The notes: generated by a model from the letters alone, not told the origin. A DNA stretch of 64,000 bases from an uncultured Clostridium sp. (GCA_964507565.1 CAZDPV010000001.1:8662-72661); one strand, 5' to 3'. Positions 27,608 to 38,944 are shown, numbered from the stretch's first letter. Program-made: numbers and translations.

Positions 27608-29062
27608 ATGAAAGAATCTGATAATGTTAAGGAAGTAATTGATATAATAGACAATGCAAGAATTGCAAAGAAAAAGTCTGAAAGCAAAGATAACGTTAGT
27701 ATCAATAAAAAAGCAGAATCAAAAGAAATAAAAAAAACAATTGAAGAAATAAAAAAAGCAGAAGAGAATAGTAAAAGCAAAAAACATCTAAATAACGAAA
27801 AAACGCAAGCTGTAGAAATTAAAGACGTAAAAGAAAATATAAAAGATGACAAAGAAAAGAAGCCTGGCACTAAAAGTGATATAGAAGATAGCAAAAAAGA
27901 AGAAACAAAGAAAAAATCAAAAAAAGCACCCATAGAAGAAAAAATTGATGAAGAAGAAAAAGCAAATCAAAATAACAACAAAAACATAGATGAAAAAATT
28001 GAAAAGGTAATAAATCAAGCAAAGAAAAAAGGTAAAATAACTTATGCAGAAATAGCTTCGCAATTAGGAGATGCAAATACTGAGCAAATGGAAAAGGTAT
28101 TTGATGCATTTGAAAACATGGGAATAAATGTTTCAGCAGATGATGAAATAGAAGACTTAGAACCAGATATAGAAGATTTAGCAGAAGTAGAAGATATATC
28201 AGTAGAAGACATAGATATAGACAATATGGAAGGTATTAGTGTAGATGATCCTGTTAGAATGTACTTAAGAGAGATAGGAAAAATCCCATTATTAAGCTAT
28301 GATAAAGAACTTGAACTAGCAAAGAAAATCTTAAAAAACGATGAAGATGCAAAGAAAAAGCTAACAGAGTCAAATTTAAGACTAGTAGTAAGTATTGCTA
28401 AAAAATATGTTGGAAGAGGAATGTTATTATTAGACTTAATACAAGAAGGAAATATGGGACTAATAAAAGCAGTTGAGAAATTCGACTATACTAAAGGATA
28501 CAAATTTAGTACGTATGCAACATGGTGGATTAGACAAGCTATTACTAGAGCTATTGCCGATCAGGCAAGAACCATAAGAATTCCAGTACACATGGTTGAA
28601 ACAATAAATAAACTAATACGTACATCAAGACATCTTTTACAAGTAAATGGTAGAGAACCTACTCCAGAAGAGATTGCAGAAGAAATGGAAGTTTCAGTAG
28701 AAAAAGTATTAGAAATACAAAAAATAGCACAGGATCCAGTATCACTAGAAACCCCAATAGGAGAGGAAGATGATAGCCATTTAGGGGACTTTATACAAGA
28801 TGATGATTCACCATCACCACAAGATGCAGCATCATATACAATGCTTAGAGAACAATTAGATGAAGTAATGGAAACATTAACACCAAGAGAGGCTAAGGTT
28901 TTAAGACTTAGATTTGGACTAGACGATGGAAAAGCAAGAACCTTAGAAGAAGTAGGAAAGCAATTTAATGTTACAAGAGAGAGAATAAGACAAATAGAAG
29001 CAAAGGCACTGAGAAAACTGAGACATCCAAGCAGAAGTAAAAAATTAAAAGAATATATGTAA
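27608..29062 (+). CDS. rpoD: Primary RNA polymerase sigma factor with a long K/E-rich N-terminal extension
   Basis: Regions 1.2-4 are all present ([49 protein letters not shown]), and the gene follows dnaG. Confidence 0.95.
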   Translation: MKESDNVKEVIDIIDNARIAKKKSESKDNVSINKKAESKEIKKTIEEIKKAEENSKSKKHLNNEKTQAVEIKDVKENIKDDKEKKPGTKSDIEDSKKEETKKKSKKAPIEEKIDEEEKANQNNNKNIDEKIEKVINQAKKKGKITYAEIASQLGDANTEQMEKVFDAFENMGINVSADDEIEDLEPDIEDLAEVEDISVEDIDIDNMEGISVDDPVRMYLREIGKIPLLSYDKELELAKKILKNDEDAKKKLTESNLRLVVSIAKKYVGRGMLLLDLIQEGNMGLIKAVEKFDYTKGYKFSTYATWWIRQAITRAIADQARTIRIPVHMVETINKLIRTSRHLLQVNGREPTPEEIAEEMEVSVEKVLEIQKIAQDPVSLETPIGEEDDSHLGDFIQDDDSPSPQDAASYTMLREQLDEVMETLTPREAKVLRLRFGLDDGKARTLEEVGKQFNVTRERIRQIEAKALRKLRHPSRSKKLKEYM

Positions 29063-29113
29063 GCTTATGTGAAAAAATATATGATTTAATATTACAATTT
29101 AGACAAAAATAAT

Positions 29114-29140
29114 AAAAAGCCTTGCAAAACGAGGCTTTTT
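29114..29140 (+). terminator. Intrinsic terminator after rpoD
   Basis: AAAGCCT - 9 nt - AGGCTTT followed by a T-run. Confidence 0.65.
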
Positions 29141-29150
29141 ATGTTACAAT
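29122..29150 (+). promoter_or_regulatory. Sigma-A-type promoter overlapping the rpoD terminator
   Basis: TTGCAA, a 17-nt spacer, then TGtTACAAT. The ~70-nt leader contains the hairpin GCTTGCC-aaaaa-GGTAGGC just before the rpsF RBS, which may be an S6:S18-responsive leader (unverified). Confidence 0.45.
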
Positions 29151-29228
29151 ATTAAAGATTGGAAAGAGTATCTTTTCAAATCCTTGCTTGCCAAAAAGGT
29201 AGGCTAAACCCAAGAGGAGGTGAAAATA

Positions 29229-29513
29229 ATGAACAAATACGAGAGTGTTATCATTATTAATCCATCTGTAGATGATGAAAAGCTAAAAGCTTTAGAAGCA
29301 AAATTTACAGAATTGATTAATAAAGATGGTAAGCTTACAAAAGTAGACGAAATGGGCAAAAGAAAACTTGCTTATGAAGTTAAGAAAAATAAAGAAGGTA
29401 TATATGTAACTTTCTACTTTGAAGCAAATCCAGATCTAATCGCAGAATTAGAGAGAAACTACAGAATTACAGATGAAGTAATAAAATTCATCGTTATTAG
29501 AGTAGAAGAATAG
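29229..29513 (+). CDS. rpsF: 30S ribosomal protein S6
   Basis: MNKYESVIIINP... is a full-length S6, and the rpsF-ssb-rpsR order is conserved. I preferred the ATG at 29229 after AGGAGG over the listed GTG. Confidence 0.95.
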   Translation: MNKYESVIIINPSVDDEKLKALEAKFTELINKDGKLTKVDEMGKRKLAYEVKKNKEGIYVTFYFEANPDLIAELERNYRITDEVIKFIVIRVEE

Positions 29514-29557
29514 TAAAAAATAATGGGGCTTTATTTTTAGAAAGGTAAGGTACTAAT

Positions 29558-29983
29558 ATGAACAAAGTAATTCTAATGGGAAGATTAACAAGAGATCCAG
29601 AAGTTAGATATACACAAACAAACAACACACTTGTAGCATCATTTTCTTTAGCAGTAAATAGAAGATTTGCAAAAGAAGGAGATGCTCAAACAGCAGACTT
29701 TATAAACATAACTGCATGGGGAAAAACAGGTGAATTTGTAAGTAAATATTTTAAAAAAGGTCAACAGGTAGCTGTTGTTGGCAGACTACAAACAAGAAGT
29801 TGGGAAGACCAACAAGGTCAAAAGAGATATGCAACAGATGTTGTTGCTGAAGAGACTTATTTTGCTGATAGCAAAAAGGGATCAGACAGTGCAAATTTTG
29901 ATAATACATTTGGAGCAGGAGCTCAGCCTAGTGGAAATACTTCAGATTTTGAAGTATCATCAGGAGACGACCTACCATTTTAA
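29558..29983 (+). CDS. ssb: Single-stranded DNA-binding protein
   Basis: OB fold (MNKVILMGRLTRDPEVRYT...) and an acidic C-terminal tip DDLPF. Confidence 0.95.
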   Translation: MNKVILMGRLTRDPEVRYTQTNNTLVASFSLAVNRRFAKEGDAQTADFINITAWGKTGEFVSKYFKKGQQVAVVGRLQTRSWEDQQGQKRYATDVVAEETYFADSKKGSDSANFDNTFGAGAQPSGNTSDFEVSSGDDLPF

Positions 29984-30008
29984 TTTTAAAAGTTAGGGGG
30001 GAAAAATA

Positions 30009-30287
30009 ATGGCAGAAAGAAAAAATAATAGAAGAAATAACAACAATAAAGATTATGACGATGACTTCAAAGTAAGAAAAATGAGAAAAAAAGTATGTCC
30101 TCTATGTGCAGATAAAAATTTAGTTCTAGATTATAAAAATCCAGATCAATTGAAAAAATTTGTCAATGAAAGAGGAAAAATTCTTCCAAGAAGAACAACA
30201 GGAGCATGTGCAATGCATCAAAGAGATATAACTACAGCAGTTAACAGATGCAGACATATTGCAATGCTACCATATTCACAAGACTAA
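30009..30287 (+). CDS. rpsR: 30S ribosomal protein S18
   Basis: ..[40 protein letters not shown]....A...R..A.LPY. Confidence 0.95.
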   Translation: MAERKNNRRNNNNKDYDDDFKVRKMRKKVCPLCADKNLVLDYKNPDQLKKFVNERGKILPRRTTGACAMHQRDITTAVNRCRHIAMLPYSQD

Positions 30288-30294
30288 TCTTTAT

Positions 30295-30337
30295 AAAGCT
30301 AGAACTAAGAGAGATTTTCAAGTTCTAGCTTTATTTT
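30295..30337 (+). terminator. Intrinsic terminator after rpsR
   Basis: AAAGCTAGAACT / AGTTCTAGCTTT are perfect 12-bp arms, followed by T-rich sequence. Confidence 0.7.
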
Positions 30338-30474
30338 AAATATATAAACAAATTTATGCGTATATAAATTATAAATATAAATTTATTTATGAAAAAATAA
30401 AAACTATAATAAAAGGGAGGATATATTAAAGACGGGCAAAAATAGATTAAGCCCTATGTTAATATAAATAAAAA

Positions 30475-31380
30475 ATGAAAAATAAAAAAAATTTAATTAT
30501 TGTCTCAATTATTTTACTTGTACTATTAGGGGTATTTCTTACAAATATTATTAGAACCAATAGCAAAAAAATAGGTGAAACTAATAAAAATTATAAAATA
30601 TTGACATCTTTTTATCCACTATATATAATGACACTAAATATAACAGATGGTGCAAAAAATGTGGAAACAAGCAATATGGCGGAAAAATTAAACGGCTGTA
30701 TACATGATTATACACTAAACACAAATGACCTAAAAAAGTTTGAAAAAGCTGATGTATTTATTCAAAATGGTGGAGGACTAGAAAACTTTTCTCAAAAGGT
30801 AATAGATTCTTATAAAGACATAAAAATAGTTAGTGGAGCAGATAATATCTCTGATTTTATTATAGATGATGAGGGAGAATCAAACTCTCATATATGGCTT
30901 AGTATAAACAATTATATTTCGGAAATTAAAACTATAACAAATTCTTTAAAAACACTAAATGAAGAAAATGCAGATATTTATGAAAAAAATTCGCAAGAAT
31001 ATATCGAGAAATTAGATTCTATAAATTCAAAATATAAAAGTTTAACAAAATTATCAGGAAAGAAAGCAATATGCTTAAATGAGTCATTAGAGTACTTAAT
31101 AAGAGATTGCAAAATAGAGGAAACTCTTATTGAAACAGACCATGAGCAAAGTGCGTTGTCAGCTGAGAAAATAAAAGAAATAATAACCAAAATGAAAAAT
31201 GAAAATATTAAAATGATATTTATAGATAAAGATGATGACTCAAAAACTGCTCAGACTCTTGCAAACGAAACAGGAGCATCTATATACAGATTAGATTCAG
31301 AAATGAATGGAGAAGTTAAAAAAGAAGCATATTTAGAAGCAATGAATTACAATTTTGATATATTATCAAAAATAGAATAG
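30475..31380 (+). CDS. Metal (Zn/Mn-type) ABC transporter substrate-binding protein, ZnuA/TroA family
   Basis: N-terminal membrane anchor, cluster-9 SBP features (ILTSFYPLY, NSHIWLS) and adjacency to matching ATPase and permease genes. The RBS is poor. Confidence 0.75.
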   Translation: MKNKKNLIIVSIILLVLLGVFLTNIIRTNSKKIGETNKNYKILTSFYPLYIMTLNITDGAKNVETSNMAEKLNGCIHDYTLNTNDLKKFEKADVFIQNGGGLENFSQKVIDSYKDIKIVSGADNISDFIIDDEGESNSHIWLSINNYISEIKTITNSLKTLNEENADIYEKNSQEYIEKLDSINSKYKSLTKLSGKKAICLNESLEYLIRDCKIEETLIETDHEQSALSAEKIKEIITKMKNENIKMIFIDKDDDSKTAQTLANETGASIYRLDSEMNGEVKKEAYLEAMNYNFDILSKIE

Positions 31381-31452
31381 GTTTTAATAAAAAAGATATA
31401 TGTAAATTTCGGAAGAAAGGTAAGCATAAAATTATTATGCAATAATAAGAAT

Positions 31453-32169
31453 ATGGAAGCATGTGGACTACATTGTACTAAAATAGAAAATATTTCAGTA
31501 AAAATTGATAATGAACAAATAATAGAGAATGTAACATTCAACATACACTGTGGTGAACTTACAATGTTAATCGGAAGAAACGGAGCAGGAAAATCAACAT
31601 TGCTTAAGTCAATTCTTAACGAAATACCACACAATGGGAAAGTTGAATTTTTAGATTTAAAAGAAAATAAAAATAAAAAAATAAAAATAGGATATGTTCC
31701 ACAAAGTCTAAATATAGAAAGAAATATGCCAACAAGTGTATATGATATGTTCGCATCATATATTTCTAATAAACCAGTATGTTTTAAAAAAGATAAAAAG
31801 GTTTATCAGCAAATTAAAGAAAACTTAAAAAAGTTTGGAGCAGAAGAACTAATAGACAAGCAAGTAGGAAACCTATCAGGTGGAGAATTACAAAGAATAT
31901 TATTATCAATAGCTACCACACCTATACCAAACTTACTAATTTTAGATGAGCCTGTTTCTGGAGTAGATAGAAATGGAACGAGAGACTTTTATCAAATACT
32001 ATCAGAATTAAAAGACAAATACGATATGTCAATTATACTAGTATCTCATGACCTAGACTTAGTAAGAAAATTTGCAGATAAAGTAATCTTATTAGATAAA
32101 AAAATTGTAAAACAAGGAACAGCAGAAGAAGTGTTTGAAAGTCAGGAATTTAAGGAAAGGTTTAATTAA
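31453..32169 (+). CDS. Metal ABC transporter ATP-binding protein
   Basis: Walker A GRNGAGKST, signature LSGGELQR and Walker B LLILDEP. Confidence 0.85.
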   Translation: MEACGLHCTKIENISVKIDNEQIIENVTFNIHCGELTMLIGRNGAGKSTLLKSILNEIPHNGKVEFLDLKENKNKKIKIGYVPQSLNIERNMPTSVYDMFASYISNKPVCFKKDKKVYQQIKENLKKFGAEELIDKQVGNLSGGELQRILLSIATTPIPNLLILDEPVSGVDRNGTRDFYQILSELKDKYDMSIILVSHDLDLVRKFADKVILLDKKIVKQGTAEEVFESQEFKERFN

Positions 32170-32183
32170 ATAAAAGGAGAAGT

Positions 32184-33029
32184 ATGGAAGCAATATATAA
32201 AATAATAGAAATCATATTACCATTTGATTTTATGCAATATGCTTTTATGAAAAATGCACTAATTGCTATACTATTAGTTTCACCAATATTCGCTATATTA
32301 GGAACAATGATTGTTAATAATAAAATGGCATTCTTTTCAGATGCATTAGGACATTCTGCATTAACCGGAATTGCAATAGGAATGCTTCTTGGAATAAGTA
32401 ATATGAACTTATCTATGATATTATTTGCAATATTATTTGCAATATTATTAAACTTGATAAAAAATAAAACAACATACGGAGCAGATACTATAATTAGTGT
32501 ATTCTCATCAATAGCAATAGCATTAGGACTAGCTATACTAGCACAAACAGGAAGTTTCAATAAATACTCAAGCTATTTAGTTGGAGATATATTAAGTATA
32601 TCATTTAATGAAATAATTTACTTAGCAATAGCCTTTATTCTTGTATTACTTTTTTGGAACGTATTATTTAATAAATTAAATGCAGTTAGTATAAATCCAA
32701 TGCTTGCAAAGAGTAAAGGAATAAATGTAAAACTAATAGACAATGTATTTGCAATTACAATTGCTATAATGGTTATGATTTCCATTAGATGGGTCGGAAT
32801 TTTGCTAATAAATTCAATGATGATTTTACCTGCAGCATCTAGCAGAAATATTGCAAAAAACATGAGAAGCTATCATACATTTTCTATTGTATTTGCGTTG
32901 TTTTCTGGAATTTCAGGACTTATTATATCATACTATGCAAATATACCAACAGGACCTATGATTGTAATTATCTCAGGAATAATTTACTTTATTACATTTG
33001 CAACTAAAAAAATAGGAAGAAAAGTATAA
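32184..33029 (+). CDS. Metal ABC transporter permease (ZnuB/TroC-like, ABC-3 family)
   Basis: An 8-9 TM protein with the typical 'FFSDALGHSALTGIA' motif. Confidence 0.85.
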   Translation: MEAIYKIIEIILPFDFMQYAFMKNALIAILLVSPIFAILGTMIVNNKMAFFSDALGHSALTGIAIGMLLGISNMNLSMILFAILFAILLNLIKNKTTYGADTIISVFSSIAIALGLAILAQTGSFNKYSSYLVGDILSISFNEIIYLAIAFILVLLFWNVLFNKLNAVSINPMLAKSKGINVKLIDNVFAITIAIMVMISIRWVGILLINSMMILPAASSRNIAKNMRSYHTFSIVFALFSGISGLIISYYANIPTGPMIVIISGIIYFITFATKKIGRKV

Positions 33030-33040
33030 AATACAAAATT

Positions 33041-33076
33041 AAAATTGAACTCTTAAAATTAAGAGTTCAATTTTTT
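33041..33076. terminator. Bidirectional terminator
   Basis: The TTGAACTCTTAA / TTAAGAGTTCAA palindrome is flanked by A- and T-runs between convergent genes. Confidence 0.7.
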
Positions 33077-33098
33077 AAATGGAAAAAGACTAGCAATA

Positions 33099-33815
33099 TT
33101 AAATAGATGGCAAAAAGTATGAATAAGCTTTTTCTAAATCCTTATGCGTTGCAATGGGAATATTATCTAGCTCATATTTAACTCCAAGACCTTCCCATTT
33201 TGTTCTTCCGAAATCATGATAGGGAAGAAATTCGAATTTTTCAATATTAAGGCAAGACAAGAATTTCTTTAAATTAAGCAAATCCTCTTTTCTATCTGTT
33301 ACTGTTGGAACAAGTACCTGACGAATCCAAATTCTCTTATTTTCAGAACTTAGATACTCAGCAAATTTTAATTCAAATTCATTTGAAGAACCCGTTAGCC
33401 ACTTACAAGTTGAATCATTTATACATTTAATATCTAACAAAAAGATATCAGTTAAGGCAATAAGCTTTTTTATTTTATCAGTAAGTGCAAACATTCCAGA
33501 AGTATCTATACAAGTTGAAATATTATGTTCGTGTAACTTAGTAAATAACTCTATTAGAAAATCAACTTGAAGCAAAGGCTCTCCACCACTGATTGTAACT
33601 CCACCATTAGAAGATACCATATAATTTTTGTATCTTAAAGCCTTTTTCAAAACTTCATCTGCACTATATTCGATTCCACTATTTATGTTCCAAGTATCCC
33701 TATTCTGACAATATTTACATTTTAAGGCACAGCCTTGCATAAAAACTATAAATCTTATTCCAGGACCATCAACAGCACCGAAGCTTTCAAAAGAATGAAT
33801 TCTTCCCTTTACCAT
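33099..33815 (-). CDS. pflA: Pyruvate formate-lyase activating enzyme (radical SAM)
   Basis: MVKGRIHSFESFGAVDGPGIRF and the CxxxCxxC cluster (CALKCKYCQN). It lies downstream of pflB. The start is trimmed to MVKGR. Confidence 0.9.
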   Translation of the reverse strand: MVKGRIHSFESFGAVDGPGIRFIVFMQGCALKCKYCQNRDTWNINSGIEYSADEVLKKALRYKNYMVSSNGGVTISGGEPLLQVDFLIELFTKLHEHNISTCIDTSGMFALTDKIKKLIALTDIFLLDIKCINDSTCKWLTGSSNEFELKFAEYLSSENKRIWIRQVLVPTVTDRKEDLLNLKKFLSCLNIEKFEFLPYHDFGRTKWEGLGVKYELDNIPIATHKDLEKAYSYFLPSI

Positions 33816-33877
33816 AAGCAATTCCTTATAAAATAAATTTAGGTTTTTAAAGGAAAACCCATAAACCATTTAAAACT

Positions 33878-36112
33878 TTACATTTTTTCTTGAATTGTCC
33901 TTGCAATTACTTCTTCTTGTTGCTCACGGGTTAATTTAACAAAATTTACAGCATAACCAGAAACACGAATTGTTAAATTAGGATATTTCTCAGGATGATT
34001 CATAGCATCAACAAGTAAAGATCTATCAAAAACATTTACATTTATATGATGACCAGTTTGCATAAAATATCCATCAAGCATACTAACAAGGTTATTCTCT
34101 TGAGTTTGAATATTATGTCCTAATGTACCAGGGGTAATCGCAAATGTATATGAAATACCATCTGAAGCATACTCATAAGGAAGCTTAGCAACAGAATTCA
34201 TAGAAGATAAAGCACCGTTAGTATCTCTACCATGTAATGGATTTGCTCCCGGAGCAAATGGAGCATGAGAAGCTCTTCCATCAGGAGTAGCACCTGTATT
34301 TTTACCATAAACAACATTTGAAGTAATAGTTAATATTGATAATGTAGGAGTAGCACCTCTATAAATTTGATGTCTCTCTAATTTTTTCATAAAAGTTTTA
34401 ACCAAAAGAGTAGCAATTTCATCAACTCTGTCATCATCATTTCCGTATTTTGGATAATCACCTTCAACTTTATAGTCCACAGCTAAACCTAGTTCATTGC
34501 GAATTACCTTAACTTTAGCATATTTTATAGCAGATAGGGAATCAGCAACAACAGAAAATCCAGCAATGCCACATGCCATAGTCCTATAAACATTTCTATC
34601 ATGTAAAGCCATTTCTAGTGCTTCATAAGAGTATTTATCGTGCATATAATGTATAGCATTTAGAGCCTTAATATATATTTTAGCAACATAATCCATCATT
34701 TGATCATATTTTTCCATAACTTCATTGTAATCAAGGTATTCACTTTTTATTGGTTGAAATTTAGGAGCAACCTGTTTTCCAGTAAGCTCATCAACACCAC
34801 CATTTATTGCATAAAGTAATGCTTTTGCTAAATTAGCTCTTGCACCAAAAAATTGCATCTGTTTTCCAATTTTCATAGCAGAAACACAGCAGGCTATTCC
34901 ATAGTCATCTCCAAGTGTAACTCTCATTAAATCATCATTTTCATATTGAATAGAAGATGTTTCTATTGATATTTTTGAACAATATTTTTTAAAAGATATA
35001 GGTAATCTTGTAGACCATAAAACAGTAATATTTGGTTCTGGAGCGGGTCCTAAATTTTCTAATGTGTGTAACATTCTAAATGAATTTTTAGTAACTAAAG
35101 TCCTTCCATCAACTCCCATTCCGCCAATACTTTCAGTAACCCAAACAGGGTCACCACTAAATAAGGCATTGTATTCTGGTGCACGCAAGAATCTAACCAT
35201 TCTTAACTTCAAAACAAATTGATCCATTAACTCTTGAGCAATTTCTTCTGTCAAAGTATTATTCTTTAAATCTCTTTCAACATAAATATCCAAGAAAGTT
35301 GTAACTCTTCCGAGTGACATGGCAGCACCATTTTGATCCTTAACAGCACCAAGATATCCAAAATAGGTCCATTGGAAAGCCTCTTTAGCATTTGAAGCGG
35401 GAATTGAAATATCAAAGCCATATTTTAAAGCCATTGACTTTAGTGCCTTTAAAGCTGAAATTTGGTCAGAAATTTCTTCTCTATCTCGTACAATTTCTAA
35501 AGTAAACTCATCTGTATCAAGAATATTAAGCTCATCTTGCTTTTCGGAAATTAAAGCATCAACACCATAAAGTGCAACTCTTCTGTAATCTCCAATAATT
35601 CTTCCACGACCATATCCATCAGGAAGTCCAGTCAAAAGGTGAGCAGATCTGGCTAATCTAATATCTGGAGTATAAGCTTCAAATACACCATCATTATGAG
35701 TTTTTCTTAAATTATGATATATATAAGCTGTTTCAGGGTCAACATTGTAACCGTATGCCTCACACGATTTTTCAACTATTCTAATTCCACCATTAGGCAT
35801 AATAGCTCTTTTTAAAGGAGCGTCCGTTTGAAGCCCAACAATAGTTTCTAAATCTTTATCAACATATCCTGGGTTATAAGCATCAATGCTAGATGGAGTT
35901 TTAGTATCAACATCTAAAACTCCTTTTTCAATTTCTTTTTTATATAATTCTTGAATTTTGCTTAATAAATCCAAGCTTTTCTTAGTAGCTCCAGATAAAA
36001 AACTTTCATCTCCTTCATAAGGAGTATAGTTTTCTTGAATAAAACTGCGAGTATCAATTTCTTTAGTCCATTCTCCTGATTTATTAAAGCCATTCCATTG
36101 TTTAAACTCCAT
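33878..36112 (-). CDS. pflB: Formate C-acetyltransferase (pyruvate formate-lyase)
   Basis: Glycyl-radical motif RVSGYAVNF and active-site GIACCVSAM in a 744-aa protein. Confidence 0.95.
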   Translation of the reverse strand: MEFKQWNGFNKSGEWTKEIDTRSFIQENYTPYEGDESFLSGATKKSLDLLSKIQELYKKEIEKGVLDVDTKTPSSIDAYNPGYVDKDLETIVGLQTDAPLKRAIMPNGGIRIVEKSCEAYGYNVDPETAYIYHNLRKTHNDGVFEAYTPDIRLARSAHLLTGLPDGYGRGRIIGDYRRVALYGVDALISEKQDELNILDTDEFTLEIVRDREEISDQISALKALKSMALKYGFDISIPASNAKEAFQWTYFGYLGAVKDQNGAAMSLGRVTTFLDIYVERDLKNNTLTEEIAQELMDQFVLKLRMVRFLRAPEYNALFSGDPVWVTESIGGMGVDGRTLVTKNSFRMLHTLENLGPAPEPNITVLWSTRLPISFKKYCSKISIETSSIQYENDDLMRVTLGDDYGIACCVSAMKIGKQMQFFGARANLAKALLYAINGGVDELTGKQVAPKFQPIKSEYLDYNEVMEKYDQMMDYVAKIYIKALNAIHYMHDKYSYEALEMALHDRNVYRTMACGIAGFSVVADSLSAIKYAKVKVIRNELGLAVDYKVEGDYPKYGNDDDRVDEIATLLVKTFMKKLERHQIYRGATPTLSILTITSNVVYGKNTGATPDGRASHAPFAPGANPLHGRDTNGALSSMNSVAKLPYEYASDGISYTFAITPGTLGHNIQTQENNLVSMLDGYFMQTGHHINVNVFDRSLLVDAMNHPEKYPNLTIRVSGYAVNFVKLTREQQEEVIARTIQEKM

Positions 36113-36203
36113 AAAAAATTCCTCCTTTTTAAAATTTATTTAATATATATTATTTCAAAATAAAAAATTTTACAATAGATATGAAAAAAATTTTAAAATA
36201 TAT

Positions 36204-36231
36204 TTTACAAAAGTTTTTATTATGTTATAAT
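36204..36231 (+). promoter_or_regulatory. Sigma-A-type promoter with extended -10
   Basis: TTTACA, a 16-nt spacer, then TGtTATAAT. Confidence 0.45.
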
Positions 36232-36306
36232 AAAAATGATTTACAAGCAGACTAAACAATAAAGTATATAACAAATTATAAAATCTCAAAGAAAAGAGGA
36301 AATCTC

Positions 36307-38307
36307 ATGGGAAAGAAAGAAAGCCCAAATGAATTAAATACTAATAAGACCAATAAAAATAATAAAAGAAAAAACAGCAAAAAGAATATTAAGGAAGAAA
36401 AAACAAGCAAATTACTTATAATAGTTCCATTATTTATTTTAATAATAGGATTCATTGTAGGTGTTTATTTTTATATAAATAGAACAGAGCCATCAATTGC
36501 TTTAAAGCAATACTTTGAGTATCTAAATAATAAAGAATATGATAAGATGTATGAATTGGTAATATCAGATTTATCTAAAGAAGAATTTGTAAGCAGAGTT
36601 AAAAATATTTATGAAGGAATAGAAGCAAAAGACATAAAAATCACTGTTGCAACTAATTCGAGCAAGGAAAGAAACAATAAAGATACGAATATTACGTACA
36701 CAAATTCAATGAAAAGCATTGCAGGAGATATAACATTCTTAAATAACGCAAAAATGAAGTATGAAAATAATAGTTACAAAATTCAGTGGAATTCAAATAT
36801 GATATTTCCTGAATTAGATGATAACGAAAAAATAAGAGTAACCAATATAGCAAGTACAAGAGGAACCTTATTTGATAGAAACGGAGTATCAATAGCAAAA
36901 GATGGAACAGTATATTTAGTTGGGGTAGTTCCGGGAAAAATGAACGAAACAACAGATTTAAAGAGATTATCAGAATTATTGCAGATAAATGAGGATACAA
37001 TAAATTCAAGTATAAAAGAAACATATGTTAAAGAAGATACTTTTGTACCATTAAGAAAATTATCAAAGGAATATCAAGAAACAAAAAATGAATTATTAAA
37101 AATAAAAGGAGTTTTGATAACAGATGCACCAGCAAGGGTGTATCCTTACAAAGAAATAACGTCAATAATGACTGGCTACATTCAAGATGGAGAAGGAAAA
37201 GCAGGGCTTGAATATGTGTATAATGAAAGGCTAAAGGGAACCGACGGAAAAGAAATATACATAGAAAAAGATAGCAAAAAAATAAAAACAATTCAAAAAT
37301 TGGATGTAAAAAATGGAGATGATATAAAATTAACAATAGATGTAAATTTGCAAAAGAAAATATATGAACAGTTTAAAGAAAATCAAGGAGCAACGGTTTC
37401 AATAAATTATAATACGGGAGAAATCCTTGCATTAGTAAGCACTCCTTCTTATGATGCTAATAAATTCTCATTAGGAATTACTAATGAAGAATGGGATGAA
37501 ATTCAAAAAGATGAAGCAAAACCTATGTACAATAGATATCTAGCAACGTATGCACCAGGCTCATCGTTAAAGCCAATAGTAGGAGCAATAGGACTTCAAA
37601 ACAATAGTTTTACTCCTGAAGAAAACTTTGGAAGAAGCGGAACTAAATGGCAAGAAGATTCAAGCTGGAAGGATTTATATGTTACAACGCTTGAAACATA
37701 CGAGGGGGATGCTAATCTAGAAAACGCATTGGTATATTCAGATAATATTTATTTTGCTAAGGGAGCATTAAAAATTGGAAAAGAAAAATTAGAAAAAGGA
37801 CTTGACAACTTAGGATTTAATCAAAAAATAGAATTTGTACAAGAAATAACTAAATCAACTTATGGAAAAATGGATAGTAGATCAGCGATTGCAAATAGTG
37901 GATATGGACAAAATCAAATGCTTGTTAATCCAATTCTTATGGCAAGTATATATTCAGCATTTGCAAATGGAGGGAATATGGTACAGCCATGCTTAGAATA
38001 TAAAACTACTAAATATATAAAGCAAAATGCTATATCAAGCGAAATTGCAAATGTAATAAAAAATGATTTGATTCAAGTAGTAGAAAAAGGCACTGCTAAA
38101 GATGCTAAAATAGACGGAAAGCAAATAGCTGGTAAAACAGGAACTGCTGAAATAAAAAAAGACCAAAGCGACGAAAATGGAACAGAGATTGGGTGGTTTG
38201 ATGTATTTGATGATAATGAAACCTTAATTATCAGTATGGTACAGAATGTTAAAGATATTGGGGGAAGCCATTATGTTGTAAAAAAAGTAAAAAATATTTT
38301 AGAATAA
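36307..38307 (+). CDS. Class B penicillin-binding protein (MecA_N/NTF2-like domain plus transpeptidase)
   Basis: N-terminal TM, an NTF2-like segment (ALKQYFEYLNNKEYDKMYELV), SxxK (GSSLKP), SxN (YSDN) and KTGTA. Confidence 0.85.
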   Translation: MGKKESPNELNTNKTNKNNKRKNSKKNIKEEKTSKLLIIVPLFILIIGFIVGVYFYINRTEPSIALKQYFEYLNNKEYDKMYELVISDLSKEEFVSRVKNIYEGIEAKDIKITVATNSSKERNNKDTNITYTNSMKSIAGDITFLNNAKMKYENNSYKIQWNSNMIFPELDDNEKIRVTNIASTRGTLFDRNGVSIAKDGTVYLVGVVPGKMNETTDLKRLSELLQINEDTINSSIKETYVKEDTFVPLRKLSKEYQETKNELLKIKGVLITDAPARVYPYKEITSIMTGYIQDGEGKAGLEYVYNERLKGTDGKEIYIEKDSKKIKTIQKLDVKNGDDIKLTIDVNLQKKIYEQFKENQGATVSINYNTGEILALVSTPSYDANKFSLGITNEEWDEIQKDEAKPMYNRYLATYAPGSSLKPIVGAIGLQNNSFTPEENFGRSGTKWQEDSSWKDLYVTTLETYEGDANLENALVYSDNIYFAKGALKIGKEKLEKGLDNLGFNQKIEFVQEITKSTYGKMDSRSAIANSGYGQNQMLVNPILMASIYSAFANGGNMVQPCLEYKTTKYIKQNAISSEIANVIKNDLIQVVEKGTAKDAKIDGKQIAGKTGTAEIKKDQSDENGTEIGWFDVFDDNETLIISMVQNVKDIGGSHYVVKKVKNILE

Positions 38308-38337
38308 AAATAATTATAAAAAATGGAGGAAATAAAA

Positions 38338-38907
38338 ATGAGTAAAATAATGTGGAAACCGGGAACCTTTGAATATCCTATACCAGCAGTGATGGTAAGT
38401 TGTGGAGATATGGAAAACTCAAATATAATAACTGTTGCATGGACAGGAATTTTAAATACTGATCCAGCAATGGTGTATATTTCAGTAAGGCAATCAAGAC
38501 ATTCTTATAAAATCATAAAGGAAAGTAAAGAATTTGTAATAAATTTAACTACCGATAAATTGGCGTTTGCAACAGACTGGTGTGGTGTAAAAAGTGGAAA
38601 AGATGTGGATAAGTTCAAGGAGATGCACCTAAATAAGGAAAAGGCTAATTTTGTTAAGTGCCCACTAATTAAAGAAAGCCCAGTATCAATAGAATGCAAA
38701 GTTGAAAAAATCATAGATTTAGGAAGTCATACAATGTTTATGGCAAAAGTAATGTCTATTGATGCAGATGAAAAGTATATAGATTCAAAAGGAGCATTTA
38801 ATATTTCGAAATGTAATCTAATGGCATACGCCAATGGAGGGTATTATCTATTAGGAAAAAAGTTAGGAAAGTTTGGATATTCAGTAAAAAAGAAAAAAAG
38901 CAAATAA
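38338..38907 (+). CDS. Flavin reductase-like (split-barrel FMN-binding) protein
   Basis: PIPAVMVSCGD..NIITVAWTGILNTDPAMVYISVRQSRHSYKIIKESKEFVINL. The start is set after the GGAGG RBS. Confidence 0.75.
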   Translation: MSKIMWKPGTFEYPIPAVMVSCGDMENSNIITVAWTGILNTDPAMVYISVRQSRHSYKIIKESKEFVINLTTDKLAFATDWCGVKSGKDVDKFKEMHLNKEKANFVKCPLIKESPVSIECKVEKIIDLGSHTMFMAKVMSIDADEKYIDSKGAFNISKCNLMAYANGGYYLLGKKLGKFGYSVKKKKSK

Positions 38908-38909
38908 AA

Positions 38910-38944
38910 AACTTCTCCATCTGCACTGCAAATGGGGAAGTTTT
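38910..38944. terminator. Bidirectional terminator
   Basis: AACTTCTCCAT - 11 nt - ATGGGGAAGTT (one G-U pair), flanked by A- and T-runs. Confidence 0.65.

Noticed and set aside
27478-27933. A 151-aa minus-strand ORF. Many other 60-150-aa ORFs lie antisense to or overlapping annotated genes, for example 1643..1846, 2062..2379, 6909..7238, 22292..22699, 23049..23423, 32162..32560, 46295..46690 and 48910..49347.
   Set aside because: They lie entirely inside well-supported genes on the other strand or frame. They are F/L/I/S-rich low-complexity shadows typical of AT-rich DNA, and they lack an RBS and any recognisable motif.
29157-29228. The rpsF leader hairpin (GCTTGCC-aaaaa-GGTAGGC) as a defined S6:S18 autoregulatory RNA.
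   Set aside because: The location is plausible, but I cannot verify the family-specific structure without a covariance model. It is kept only as a note on the promoter feature.
30340-30474. AT-rich palindromes (for example AATTTAT-gcgtat-ATAAATT at about 30353-30372) as a Zur/metal-repressor box upstream of the metal ABC transporter.
   Set aside because: They do not match the Firmicute Zur-box consensus as I remember it (TCGTAATNATTACGA core). Short A/T-only palindromes are expected by chance here.
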